NCBI GenBank assembly: GCA_002269645.1
Contig: NIVC01000137.1
Coordinates: 248,001 to 312,000 of the forward strand
Source: Macrostomum lignano
Taxonomy: Eukaryota
Direction: 5' to 3'
DNA: 64,000 nucleotides
Shown: positions 11,305 through 28,153 of the stretch, one piece after another
Numbering within the stretch: the stretch's first letter is position 1
Layout of the letters: every line of letters begins with the position of its first letter
Position numbers and translations under genes: made by a program
The notes under the pieces: model-generated
Told to the model about the DNA's origin: nothing
The model's input: the letters and a program-made list of their open reading frames with translations, nothing else
Databases searched by the model: none

Positions 11305-11890
11305 ACCCACCAATGAGGTGGGCGGTTTTTATTTTGAATTGCCGCTGACGTTGAATTCGCACGAATTAAATCCGGAAATATCGCGCAGACGAATCTCAAC
11401 GAAATTTCTCCTGTTACTCCGGCTGCCGGGGTCCTCAATTCCGGGGGGGGATAGTTTGGTCGTAGACGAGCGGTCTTTGTTAGGCGCGAGCGTTCAGATA
11501 GGGTCCTCAGACACCGAATTGATGTACCTCGAATGCTTGACTGAATACTTTCTTACTTGGAAAGTATTCAGTAAGAATTAATTACGGAATTCTTTCTCCT
11601 GTTTTACTCCGACAGCCGGGGTCCTCAATTTCCGGGGGGAGGGTAATCGTAATCGTAGCTGAGCGGTCGTGTAGCGGCGCGGTCGTTCAAATGATAAAAC
11701 ACCGGAGATTTTAACACCGTAAATTGATGTGTCAAATTGCTGAACTTGTTACTTTCAGTAGGGTAGAGCTGCCACCACCGTAATTTACGTATTACAGAAC
11801 GTTGAAGTCTCAGAGCTTTCTTTGAGTTGAGAACTTGGTTATTTTACGCCCCACGGGCAATGACTTAAGATAGGCTACGGCTTTTAATTA
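11305..11890 (-). repeat. Unclassified interspersed repeat family X, copy 1 (with internal ~190-bp duplication)
   Basis: Reverse-complement match to 13727-14122 and 60195-60592, e.g. AGTAGGGTAGAGCTGCCACCACCGTAATTT and TACGCCCCACGGGCAA; blocks 11405-11590 and 11595-11760 are duplicated. Confidence 0.8.
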
Positions 11891-12921
11891 AGTATTAAAC
11901 AAGAACAAATTGACGTTAGTTTATTCAATCAGCAGCTGGATATTATAAATATACTGGAGTCGAACCGACGACAGAAATGGTTCCGGGGGAGCCGCGGTGC
12001 GGGGCCCTAAACTAACTAAACTCGAGTCACTAGTCTTTAGTAATAGGGTTTACTTAGCTGAGAACGAATAGCAAGTATTAAAATTAAGTATTATTAAATT
12101 AATTCGAGTAAGCGATAGAGGGACCAGAAAACCAAAAAACCAAAAAAGGGAGTCGGGGCCTTTGGAGACGGGCGAAAAGAGGCCTAGTTAAATAACAAAA
12201 GAGGAGCAGAAGGTGGGCAAAGTGGTCCAGAGAATGGGGACAGGGCGTGGACATCAAGGCCCAGAACTTGGCGAGCAAAAAGTTCCGCAGAGATGCACAA
12301 AGAAAAACAAACAAAACAGAAAAAGGGCATGAAAAACCGAAAAAGTGCACTTATGCCAGAAAGAGGGACAAAAACACGTCATAGATTTCGCCAGGGGGTG
12401 GACAGATAGGGCCAGAAACGGGGCGGCGGCAGATGGGAGAGTCCGTAAAATGTTATTATGAAATTAAAAAAAATTCGTTAGTGGGAGTCCGCAACTACCA
12501 CAGTCTCCTATGTGGTAGTTCGTCTACCACTTGGTTTTGTAGCGCAGAGAAACTTTCAGTTTGCCTATCTTAAATTGTGTGTCCTCGCTGATCTCCATTA
12601 GTTAATTATTTCTGCATACCTTTGCGTACTTTAGTAATCATGCTATAATTTGCTTTACTGAAATCTACGTATACATGCCACCGGAAGGACCTGACGTCAC
12701 ACCCCCGGTTGGCCATATTCTGCCCCAACCGATGTTCTTCCTCCCCCATTGCAGGTTTCAGTGAATGTCCCAGATGTTACTTCTCCTTTTTTTATTTTGA
12801 ATGCTTTCGCATTATAACCAACTCGGGATTCACGGAGTGGTTTGCTCCCTCCGCCCACCGGTTCCTCGAGTGCCCCGTCCGCTGGCAATAATAGTTTTCC
12901 CCTTTTTTATGCTGCGTCTTT

Positions 12922-13087
12922 GGGAGCACGAGATTCTCCCGCAGCGAGTTTTTACCGCAGCGAGAGTTTCCCACAGGAAATTTCCCCGTCGAGATTTTCC
13001 CGCACGAATTTTCCCCGCACAGACTTTTTCCAGAAGAAAGATTTTCCCGCAAGAAATTTCTCGTGATTGCCTGATTACCCTCCTACC

Positions 13088-13162
<75 letters not shown>

Positions 13163-13444
13163 GCCTGCCTGGCTGGCTGCCTGTGTCGAATTTATCAAAA
13201 GAAAATCGCGTCTCTGCTAATAGCTTTCCTTTTTATAATTTCTTTCTTAAGGTAACAGGCAATCACGAGAAATTTCTTGCGGGAAAATCTCGGCGGTAAG
13301 CTCGGCGGGAAAATCTCGACGGGGAAATTTCCTGTGGGAAACCCTCGCTGCGGTAAAAACTCGCTGCGGGAGAATCTCGTGCGGGGAAAACTCGTGCGGG
13401 GAAAGCTCGGCGGGGAAAGCTCGGCGGGAAATTCTCGTAGACCC
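12922..13444. mobile_element. Merlin-like foldback MITE
   Basis: GGG...CCC termini (GGGAGCACGAGATTCTCCC vs reverse complement of right end GGGTCTACGAGAATTTCCC), ~150-bp inverted arms, 8-bp TSD GCGTCTTT/GCGTCATT with one mismatch. Confidence 0.7.
13088..13175. repeat. (TCTG)n microsatellite
   Basis: Pure tetranucleotide run in the centre of the foldback MITE. Confidence 0.97.
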
Positions 13445-13726
13445 GCGTCATTTTCTTCACTTGTGTTATGCTCTGCTCTCGTACGCGCTCTCTTCTGTTT
13501 TAATCTTCGTGTATTCTAAGTTAGCAGCCTCAGTTTAAAGTACTTAGTTTTTATTTATTCCGCACCCGGCACGCCGGACATCCTCAGTCAACAGGTCGCT
13601 TAAATTTTATTTCAATAATCCTAGTTAACTTTCTTGTATTGATCTTTATCAATTGACCGCGATAATAATAATCGACAAACCCACATTTATTCGTTCGTTC
13701 ATTAAGTCCATAGCTTTATCTTGACT

Positions 13727-14122
13727 TATTTGCCCACGGGGCGTAAAACAAACAACGGTTAGTCTCATCTCAAAGAAAGCTCTGAGACCATCAACGTTCC
13801 GTAATACGAAATTACGGTGGTGGCAGCTCTACCCTACTAATAGTAATCAGCCCAGCAAATTGACACATTAATTTACGGTATCAGAATCTCGATCCGGTGT
13901 CACCATTGAACGACCGTGCCGCTCAAACGACCGCTCAGTTACGATTACAGCTACCCTCCCCCCGGAATTTGAGGACCCCGCGGCAGTCAGAGTAAAACAG
14001 GAGAAAGAATTTCGTTGTGATTCGTCTGTGCGACTTTCCGGCGGATTCAATCGTACGAACGCAACGCCGGCGGAAATTCAAAAGTTAAACCGCCCCACCT
14101 TTTGGTGTCAGCTAACGTCAAA
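13727..14122 (+). repeat. Unclassified interspersed repeat family X, copy 2
   Basis: Shares conserved blocks with 60195-60592: GCCC(A/G)(C/T)GGGGCGT, GTCTCA..AAAGAAAGCT..GAGAC, CCGTAAT..ATTACGGTGGTGGCAGC, CAACGCCGGCGGAAATTCAAA, CCACCT..TGGTGTCAG. Confidence 0.8.
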
Positions 14123-14167
14123 CCAACATAAAGTTTATTTTCTTTCTCCACCCACCTCACCTAAAAA

Positions 14168-14513
14168 CATGTACCGCCCCGCCCGCACCGCTACACATTA
14201 TAACATTTTTGTCAATCCAGTGTTTGATTGCAGAGAAAACTATTTGTTGTAAGAGTAACGGAGTATAAATACCTTAAATTATTATATTAATTATTATAAC
14301 TATTTTTCTTGTTCTCATTCTCATTATTAAATTATTAATAAATTATTAAAATTTTTAATATCAGTTATTATTCACTGAATTTTATATTTCAAAGCAATAA
14401 CGAATTATAAATTTAATAAACACTTAAGGCCTAACATTAAACGCATTTTGAAATGTCTTAGTTATAGTCTAATTTATTTTAATGAGTAGCGCTGCAGGGC
14501 GGTGCGGTACGTG
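14168..14513. mobile_element. Possible MITE
   Basis: Imperfect ~27-bp inverted ends CATGTACCGCCCCGCCCGCACCGCTAC / GTAGCGCTGCAGGGCGGTGCGGTACGTG around an AT-rich core; TTAA on right flank only. Confidence 0.45.
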
Positions 14514-14829
14514 TTAAATTAGGGAGACCCCCAAGAATAAAATATGTTCAAACAATAAAAGTGATAAGCAAGTTGCCTATTTGTTAAAATCTATATGTCT
14601 GGGGAAAAGCAATGTAACAATTGGTGCTCTTCAACAATTGCACAACCTTTAATTTTAAAGTAAGAGTCACCTAGGCAAAGCAGGCAAGCTTGGGCTTCAG
14701 TGTTTTGCCCTTATACCTAATGTCACGTATAGGGTAAGATGTTAAACCTCTTGCCATGCAACTACCATATGTTCAGGTTTGTCTAGAGCTTTTGTAATGG
14801 ATAGCAGTTTGCCAATTGGCACGAGGAGA

Positions 14830-16500
14830 CTGGTGCAACTCGATCATGCGCTGGCTTCCACTCGGGAGCGTCGCCGCGTCACCAACTGCGACACCATGGC
14901 CCCGCTGGGTCTCCGGTCAGACCATCGACTTCTGCTCTGCGACTTGCGGTTCCGCACGACCAGCTCTACCGACCGCCAAAGCAGCGGTCACGGCGCTACT
15001 ATCGCGCACTGTTGGACACCGCGTGAAGCGTCAATTCGCGGGTGCTTTCGTCGGCGCGCTTGGAGACCAGCGCGAGGCGGAGTATTCCGACATCAGCACC
15101 GCCGTTAGAGCCGCTGCGGAGCAGACGGTCCCGCTGATGCGGCCGGCGCAGAAATCGCTGCCCGTCTGGCAGAGCGACCCGACCATATCAGGCAGGCACG
15201 GCTCAACATCGAGCGACTCCGCAGAAACCGCGGCGGCCCACGGACAACGCTTAAGACGCGTTTAGAGCGCCTTCTAGCTAGATGAGCGGCAGAAGGCAGC
15301 TGTCGACGACGCCGTCAGGTCCATCACTGCAGCCGGCCCCGACGTGAAGAGCCGCGCAGTGTGGACGGCCGTCCGGACCCTGACGAGACGCAAAAAGCGC
15401 GTGGCGCTGAACCTGGCCGGTAACACCCTGGAGGAGCGCAGGAACGAATAGCGCGACTTCTTCGCCGGAACGCGCCCGCGTCGCCGCTGCCTGCCAGTTT
15501 TGCGCAACTCTGAACACGCCGCTTCCAGCTAAGGAGGACTTTTGCACCAGCCCAGTCACCACGGAAGACGTTTTGCTGTTCGTTAGGAAAACATCAGGTG
15601 GCAAGGCGCTCGATGAAGTTCCGGTCGTCTACGTCTACGTCGCATCCGCCAGTCTACGCTGATCATTGTCTTCGTTGACTTTCGAAAGGCGTTTGACTCG
15701 GTGTTGAGAGCAGCGCTTTCCTTTGTCCTTCGAGCCTACCAGGTACCCCAGCAGCTAATCGACGCTGTCATGGCGCTAAATTGCGACACTCGAGCTGCTG
15801 TGGTGACGGCGAACGGCCTGTCTGATCTGTTCGACACTTCATCAGGAGTTCTGCAGGGCGACACGCTGGCGCCGTTCCTCTTCGTGCTGCTGCTGGACTG
15901 GGTGCTTCGGACCGCATTCCCCTCGGCTGACGACGGCTTCCTGCTGCGCAAACGTATCGGTCACCGTCACGGCGAAAAGCGCCTGAGTGCTTGGCTACGC
16001 CGACGACCTCAGCCTTCTGTCCTCGTCCGTTGAAGGCGCCCAGCGCCAGATCAACAGGCTGGTCGAGGTGGCATCGAGAGTCGGTCTGGTTGTCAACACG
16101 CTGAAGACCGAGGTGCTGACTGTGCCGTCCGACATCACAGCGGACCTGACGTGCCGTGGCGCAGACGGACAGACGACCAGGCTCGCACGCTGCCAGCGGT
16201 TCACCTACCTCGTCGGTCTGGTACCTCACGTGGAGGAAGACCTCTGGCGGCGCAGAGCTAGGACTTGCCTGGGTGGCCTTCCGTTCGATCCGGACCGTCG
16301 TCCAGTCCGAAGCGCTGCCCGATCGCCAGAGGGCTTGGCTGTGGCAGGCGGTTGTCGAAACCGTCCTGCTCTACAACGCCGAGACGTGGACACTGACGGC
16401 TACGCTAGAGCGGCAGCTGGACTCGGCGCACTCAGGGCTGCCTGCTCTGTGCGGCCTTTCAAGCTGACGAGAGCGTCGGGACCGAGGCCCTGTACGATCC
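14830..16500 (+). pseudogene. RTE-clade non-LTR retrotransposon relic (APE end plus RT), frameshifted and internally deleted
   Basis: Fragments in several frames: LDHAL...GLRSDHRLL (APE C-terminus), GVLQGDTLAPFLF, LGYADDLSLL, GLVVNTLKTEV, VLLYNAETWTLT; in-frame stops. Confidence 0.88.
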
Positions 16501-16759
16501 TGAGCCACAGCATTTCAGCAATTTCCACCATGAGCCTTGATATACTAACCAATTTTCCACGAATAGTTTATGGTTGACATGACGCTTCTTTTATGTCTGA
16601 CATGACGACGCTTCTTTTATGTCTGACACGACTCTCCTTTTATGTCCGACATGTATCCCCAAGAAAGCATGCATGGTGCGATTCTTAATTATTTCCTTTT
16701 GTTAAGTCTGCTTCAGTTCGCACATCAAGTCGGATCGAGTAAAGGTCACAGCTAGGAGA

Positions 16760-17902
16760 CAGGTTTTCTAGAAGAAGGCGAAACTACGACGGCGGCTACG
16801 AAAAACTACGCTCGTACTATGACTACGAAACTAGGCGGCACTATCGCAAGCACGGGTTCATGCTCACTGCAAGGCGTTCCGCGAGGTCGCAACAGGTTGT
16901 GGTGACGCGCCGAGGTCGGGTCGCCCCTGAACGTCAACGGACGATAACAGCAAGGAAATTGTCCGTGACTATCTCTGCGCCAATCCATTCGCCGCAGTGC
17001 GTGAAGTTGAGGAGGTTTGTGGCATCTCCATCGCTTCTGTGAGCCGCATCCTCAAGGTGATCAACTGGTCAAGAGTCTGTGCTAAGTGGGTGCCGCGTGA
17101 GCTGACCCTGGAGCACAAAAGGCAGCGAGTTCAGTGTGCGACGGAAAACTTGCAGGTGTGGCGACAAGTTGGTGATGAGGAGTTTAAACGACTTCTTATC
17201 ACCATGGATGAGACACAGCTGCCGATGTTCAACCCACTCACTAAGCAGCAGTCGATGCAGTGGGGGCCCGGGGGCGTCAGCCACAGACGAAGCCAATGAA
17301 GTCGGCTTGGACGCGCAACATCATGTGCACCGTGTGGTTGACGCCTGTGGTGTTCTGGTGGTTGACTACCTGCCAGAAAAAGCCACCATCAATTCCGCGC
17401 CTACGGACAAGATCAGCTTGCTCGTCTGCGCGAGGTCCCCTCAGGAAGCGCCACATTATGCGCGCCAGGCCCTTCATCCTGTAGGACAAAGCTCGCCCTC
17501 ACGTTGCCGCAGCCACCACAAGGAAAGTGGAAGAGCTCGGCTTTCGGCTACTCAATCATCCACCTTATTCACCGGACCTCGCCATTGCTGACTTTCACTT
17601 GTTTGGAGCGATGAAGAAGCCCATGCGGGGTCGCGTCTTCACCAGTCGTGAGGAATTCGTAGCGGTGGCCAAAGAAACAGATGAAGGCGCTGGTTTATGA
17701 CACAGTAAACAGGTTTAACCTGTTCACTTTTCCATAGACAAAAATCGTAATTTTTTATCTCGAGGTTCAGACTTTCTTGCACGATGCGAAGTTGTGCGTT
17801 GCATGAATATTCAAAATTTGTTTTGTGAAAATTTCAAGTTGATACGTTCATCCGTTCAAAAGTTATGACAAAATTCTCGTTACTTTTGAAACACCCCTCG
17901 TG
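16760..17902 (+). pseudogene. Mariner transposase relic, 5'-truncated
   Basis: DAPRSGRP, WVPRELT, ITMDET, HPPYSPDLA motifs spread over shifted frames; right TIR CTCGTTACTTTTGAAACACCCCTCGTG followed by TA; left TIR not found. Confidence 0.88.
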
Positions 17903-18062
17903 TACATTGTCGGCAGGTGAGTCCAGCAGTGCCCCCCTTCTAGCTGGAAATCCGATTTAGAAAAAGCATCTGGTTTACTTACTTACTACTGACGGGGGGC
18001 GCAGGCGCCGCGAATAGGCCGCGAGGCCCCTATCGCAACCCCAAGGTAAAAGAGCACAAGGA

Positions 18063-22892
<4,830 letters not shown>

Positions 22893-23691
22893 CTACCCTC
22901 TGCCACGGTAAACAGCAGAGAAGCTTTGGGTTGCCGTCTTATCCCAGGATTGCTCCCAGGCGAGGCTCCGGCAGGCCCCCGGTCCACACTCTGCAAGATC
23001 AGGGGGCGGGAGGCCGGCTGCGGGCTTGGGACACAGGCGCCAGGTCGAGTTGACAGCCGACGCCCGAGCCCTCCCCCACAAGAGCGGCCCTCGAGAACCC
23101 GTGTGGTACCAGTTGCAACTAAGGGCTGCCGATGGGTAGTTGGCGCTTAGCCAGCAGCCAACTACTTAGCAGCCACCTGCCCCGCAAAAAAGCAGCAGGG
23201 GGGATCCGTCCCCCACCAGCAGACCAAGACGAGGAAGCTAGCCGCTTCCACGCCAGGCCAGAACGAAAAGGAGGGGGAAGAGCCTCCTCGAAAAACGAAA
23301 AGCTGGCATCTGGTTTGGTAAGCCCAGTAATTAGCACGCGTTGATGGGGGCGGCTAATTCTATAATTTCCTGGTTGGCTAATCTCTATAAGCTATCAGTT
23401 TCTTCATGCATGCTAGCTTGTCTCTCTCGCTGTCTTCTTTATAGCCTCAGGACCTGGCTGATTTTCACATCTTCGCTAATTATCTGAGGCCCGATATGAG
23501 CTCTCGGACAGCTTCTTCAAAATTTGTCCAATATATCGTTGCGCACTGCAGCGCTGACACCTGAGCACATACTCGTACAAGCGCGTCAATGCATGCAGTA
23601 CTCTCTGCATACACAAGCTCACATAGTGCACACAGCGGCCGTGCCTTATAAGGGGTTGGCCATCAGGGGTGCGAATCGCACAACTCCTGGA

Positions 23692-24520
23692 TAGGGGCAT
23701 TGCCATGAATTTTATGGTGGGGGGTGGACAAAGCCAAGAATTCAACATGTACATGACTAACTTTTGACACTCATTTTGGCGCCGCAGGCATTCATTTTAG
23801 CGCCGCAGGCACTCATTTTAGCGCCGCAGGCAATCATTTTAGCGCCACAGGCACTCATTTTAGCGCCGCAGACACTCATTTTAGCGCCACAGGCACTCAT
23901 TTTAGCGCCACAGGCACTCATTTTAGCGCCGCAGACACTCATTTTAGCGCCGCAGACACTCATTTTAGCGCCGCAGGCACTCATTTTAGCGCCGCAGGCA
24001 CTCATTTTAGCGCCGCAGGCACTCATTTTAGCGCCATAAGCACTCATTTTAGCGCCTCAGGCATTCTTTTTAGCGCCGCAGGCACTCATTTTAGCGCCGC
24101 AAGCACTCATTTTAGCGCCTCAGGCACTCATTTTGGCGCCGCAGGCACTCATTTTAGCGCCACAGGCACTCATTTTAGCGCCGCAGGCACTCATTTTAGC
24201 GCCATAAGCACTCATTTTAGCGCCTCAGGCATTCTTTTTAGCGCCGCAGGCACTCATTTTAGCGCCGCAAGCACTCATTTTAGCGCCTCAGGCACTCATT
24301 TTGGCGCCGCAGGCACTCATTTTAGCGCCACAGGCACTCATTTTAGCGCCGCAAGTACTCATTTTAGCGCCTCAGGCACTCATTTTGGCGCCGAAGGCGC
24401 TATACTTTTTTGGCGCCCTGAAGAAATACTATTGATTACCGCAACGACTCACAACGTGGGGTGGGGGGGGGGACAAAGCATTGGCATGTCCCCGCTGTCC
24501 CCCCGGTGGCGACGCGTCTG
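23692..24520. mobile_element. hAT-type MITE family C with expanded internal minisatellite
   Basis: 8-bp TSD CTCCTGGA at 23684-23691 and 24521-24528; imperfect TIR TAGGGGCATTGCCA / TGGCGACGCGTCTG (consensus CAGGGGCGTCGCCA). Confidence 0.82.
23765..24415. repeat. 21-bp minisatellite CACTCATTTTAGCGCCGCAGG, about 30 copies
   Basis: Direct tandem array inside MITE C. Confidence 0.96.
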
Positions 24521-25164
24521 CTCCTGGACCACGTTTTCGAGCACAAAAGCCCCGAATGAATGTGTGGCAACCAAACCAGGGATCCTGACTCAAGCAGTGC
24601 TGCCTGTTTTTAGGGCAGAAAAACCGAGAATAACAGAGAAGTAAAGACATGCTATATAAGAGAGAAATGCAGGGAAGGAAATGAGAGACAGGAGAGAGGA
24701 GCTGACGGAAAACAAAATTTGCTTTCGCCCCATTGTAGTTTTTAGTAGGCGACAATGCAACACAGCGCGGTAACTGCATTTAATGGTGGATTAAGAATAC
24801 TTATTGAACGAGTAAATTATTAAGCCTCTGATACTTCTTTTATACAAGCAGTACACAAAATCGGGTTGTACAGGTAAATTCGCAGCATAAGTTTTGAAGT
24901 CCTCCTGCTGCTGCTTGCTAAAACTGCTTTGGTTTGCACGGCTTTGGTTTGCGCCTGTGTAAACCGGCTTTAGTGATCAGACAACCTTTGTCGCCTCTCT
25001 GTGCATCTTGAGCCGTGTCGCTGTGCACCTGGCTGAATTTGTGCGCAGCCCGTCTGCAAGCCTGTGTTGCATGCCTTTGCGTGTTGTTCCGGCCGCTGAC
25101 TAAATGCACACTTCCAGACAGTGCATCATGTCTTTCAACTTTTCCTCCCAATGATTTGTTTTTT

Positions 25165-26273
25165 CGGGGGAGTTTCACAAACTCGAAAACTCAAATAGCA
25201 GCCACTTTCACAAGGTCGAAATTTCACAACATCGAAAACTCTGGTAAGAGACTTCACAAGGTCGAAATTTCACAACGTAGAAAACTACTGTATAGTTCTT
25301 GTTATATTAAGTTTTCGACGTTGTGCAATTTCGACCTTATGAAGTCTCTTACCAGAGTTTTCGATGATGTGCAATTTCGACCTTATGAAGTCTCTTACCA
25401 GAGTTTTCGATGTTGTGAAATTTCGACCTTATGAAGTCTCTTACCAGAGTTTTCGATGTTGTGCAATTTCGACCTTATGAAGTCTCTTACCAGAGTTTTC
25501 GATGTTGTGAAATTTCGACCTTGTGAAGTCTCTTACCAGAGTTTTCGATGTTGTGCAATTTCGACCTTATGAAGTCTCTTACCAGAGTTTTCGATGTTGT
25601 GAAATTTCGACCTTGTGAAGTCTCTTACCAGAGTTTTCGATGTTGTGAAATTTCGACCTTGTGAAGTCTCTTACTAGAGTTTTCGATTTTGTTAAATTTC
25701 GACCTTGTGAAGTCTCTTACCAGAGTTTTCGATGTTGTGAAATTTCGACCTTGTGAAGTCTCTTACTAGAGTTTTCGATTTTGTTAAATTTCGACCTTGT
25801 GAAGTCTCTTACCAGAGTTTTCGATGTTGTGAAATTTCGACCTTGTGAAGTCTCTTACCAGAGTTTTCGATGTTGTGAAATTTCGACCTTGTGAAGTCTC
25901 TTACCAGAGTTTTCGATGTTGTGAAATTTCGACCTTGTGAAGTCTCTTACCAGAGTTTTCGATGTTGTGAAATTTTGACCTTGTGAAGTCTCTTACCACA
26001 GTTTTCGATGTTGTTAAATTTCGAACCTTGTGAAGTCTCTTACCAGAGTTTTCGATGTTGTGAAATTTCGACCTTGTGAAGTCTCTTACCAGAGTTTTCG
26101 ATGTTGTGAAATTTCGACCTTGTGAAGTCTCTTACCAGAGTTTTCGATGTTGTTAAATTTCGACCTTGTGAAGTCTCTTACCAGAGTTTTCGATGTTGTG
26201 AAATTTCGACCTTGTGAAGTCTCTTACTAGAGTTTTCGATGTTGTGAAATTTCAACCTCGTGAAAGCACCCCG
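25165..26273. mobile_element. Foldback-type element containing a 46-bp satellite (about 21 copies)
   Basis: Ends CGGGGGAGTTTCAC / GTGAAAGCACCCCG in T-tracts; 1.5 inverted units at 25210-25280 face the direct array TTGTGAAGTCTCTTACCAGAGTTTTCGATGTTGTGAAATTTCGACC (25290-26260). Confidence 0.75.
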
Positions 26274-26993
26274 TTTTTTTCAGCCTTTTTCTGGCGTTTT
26301 CTCATCGAAGAGCTTCCATGAGCTTCTCACTGTGATCAAGCCTGTCTTTTGTTCTACGATCTCTAGATGTTCTTTCTGGATTAACGTCTTGTACGTGGTG
26401 CTTTGCTATGCCAGCTCAAGCTGGATTTTATCTACGAGTAGGCAGGCTTACGAGTGGCCTCTGTCTCTGCAAGGCCTTGTTGAATCTTCTGCTACTTCAG
26501 TCGCTTCATTTCCGCTGCACCTGCATTTTAGGCAGAATGAACAATTGTGCATCAGAGATCTCGAAGTCCACACGCATGTCAGCAGCAGCTAATCTCAATG
26601 TCTGAGACTGGCTACATCAGAGCCTTTGCAACTCCAAGCGGGTAAGATTCATATATACGTAGTACTTTGCAGATTGCTTGCAAGACAATCTAAAAATGCT
26701 ATTGCAGTCTGATTAGAATTCGTGCTTCACTTTCTGTGTTACAGCTTGCAGAACAAGCATGAATAAAAACATTGGAAGAGAGCTACGCCAAAAGTTCATG
26801 GGCTTAGCAGCCTCAGCAGCCTGACAGTTCTCCCAGCCAATAGGATTCCATCAGGTCAGATATTCCTACACTCCCCTACAATACAATCGAACCAGATTTA
26901 AGGTTCGGCAAAAACCCGAGTACATGTAAGACCTCTCCATCCAACAGAACAGTATAATTAAACCTATTAGATATCGTTTCAGATTAGCCAAGC

Positions 26994-27641
26994 ATGACCA
27001 CCTGGCACTGGGCAATGCTGGTAGGCAATTCCACCACGACAATTTGTCGATTAGACCAAGGCGATTCAAATTCAAGCCGATTAACGAACGAGACAACTCC
27101 AACAGGGAACTCGGCGATGTTCACCCCGCTCATGTACAGCGGGTTCATGACCGGCCTAGCCAGCATCAACCTGATGGTGAACAGCTGCGGCCTGTACCTC
27201 TGCCAGCGTCGGTTGAGCCGCGATTCGGCGATGTGGCGCCGCCAGCCGGGACTTCGGGCGACACTGCGCCTGCTGGTCCGGCTGGCGGCCTGCGAGATCG
27301 GCTTCAACGCGGCGCTGCTCAGCCATTTCTTACTCAGCGCGCTACTGATGGCGCCAGCCAGGGCGCCGAGGGTGTCAGTGACTGCGGCCGGCCTGGCCAC
27401 CGGCCTGATGGCTGCCAGCGTGCCGGCCCTGGTCGGCTGCCAGTGCCTGCGCAACTGGACGGTGGTGTTCATCGCCGGCCTGCGTCTGGCCGCCGTGGCC
27501 TCGCCGCACACGCAGTTCCCAGCCTGGAGGCGACGGCTGACCTGGCCGGTGTTCCCGGCTGCCGCCTGCCTGGCATTCTGCCTGGCTTTGCCGCGAGCAT
27601 TCGAGCATCTGTACGTGTACTGCCCGGATAGCCAGCAGCTG
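26994..27641 (+). CDS. Rhodopsin-class 7TM GPCR, exon 1 (TM1-TM4)
   Basis: ATG at 26994, N-glycosylation sequons in N-terminus, four hydrophobic helices (LAACE in TM2; RNWTVVFIAGLRLAAVASP at TM3 end); 648 nt ending at donor CTG|GTGAGA, phase 0. Confidence 0.85.
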
Positions 27642-28153
27642 GTGAGAGTCAGCCAGTCAGCCAGCCAGTCAGTCAGCCAGCCAGTCAGTCAGCCAGCCAG
27701 TCAGTCAGTCAGTCAGTCAGTCAGTCAGTCAGTCAGCCAGTCAGCCAGCCAGCCAGTCAGTCAGTCAGTCAGTCAGTCAGTCAGTCAGTCAGCCAGTCAG
27801 TCAGCCAGCCAGTCAGTCAGTCAGTCAGCCAGTCAGCCAGCCAGCCAGTCAGTCAGTCAGCCAGTCAGTCAGTCAGTCAGTCAGTCAGCCAGTCAGTCAG
27901 TCAGTCAGTCAGTCAGTCAGTCAGCCAGTCAGTCAGTCAGTCAGTCAGTCAGCCAGTCAGTCAGTCAGTCAGTCAGTCAGTCAGCCAGCCAGCCAGTCAG
28001 TCAGTCAGCCAGCCAGTCAGTCAGTCAGTCAGTCAGCCAGTCAGTCAGTCAGCCAGTCAGTCAGTCAGTCAGCCAGTCAGTCAGTCAGTCAGTCAGTCAG
28101 TCAGTGAGTCAGTCAGTCAGTCAGTCAGTGAGTCAGTCTCCCTCCCTCCCCAG
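27642..28153. repeat. GPCR intron made almost entirely of (CAGT/CAGC)n
   Basis: GT donor 27642, ~490 nt tetranucleotide repeat, pyrimidine tract CTCCCTCCCTCCCCAG acceptor ending 28153. Confidence 0.9.

Noticed and set aside
13550-13595. Hammerhead ribozyme (minus strand CTGAGGA plus stem)
   Set aside because: No GAAA after stem II and no clear stems I/III.
25290-26260. CRISPR-like array
   Set aside because: Contiguous 46-bp units with no unique spacers, no cas genes, eukaryotic context.
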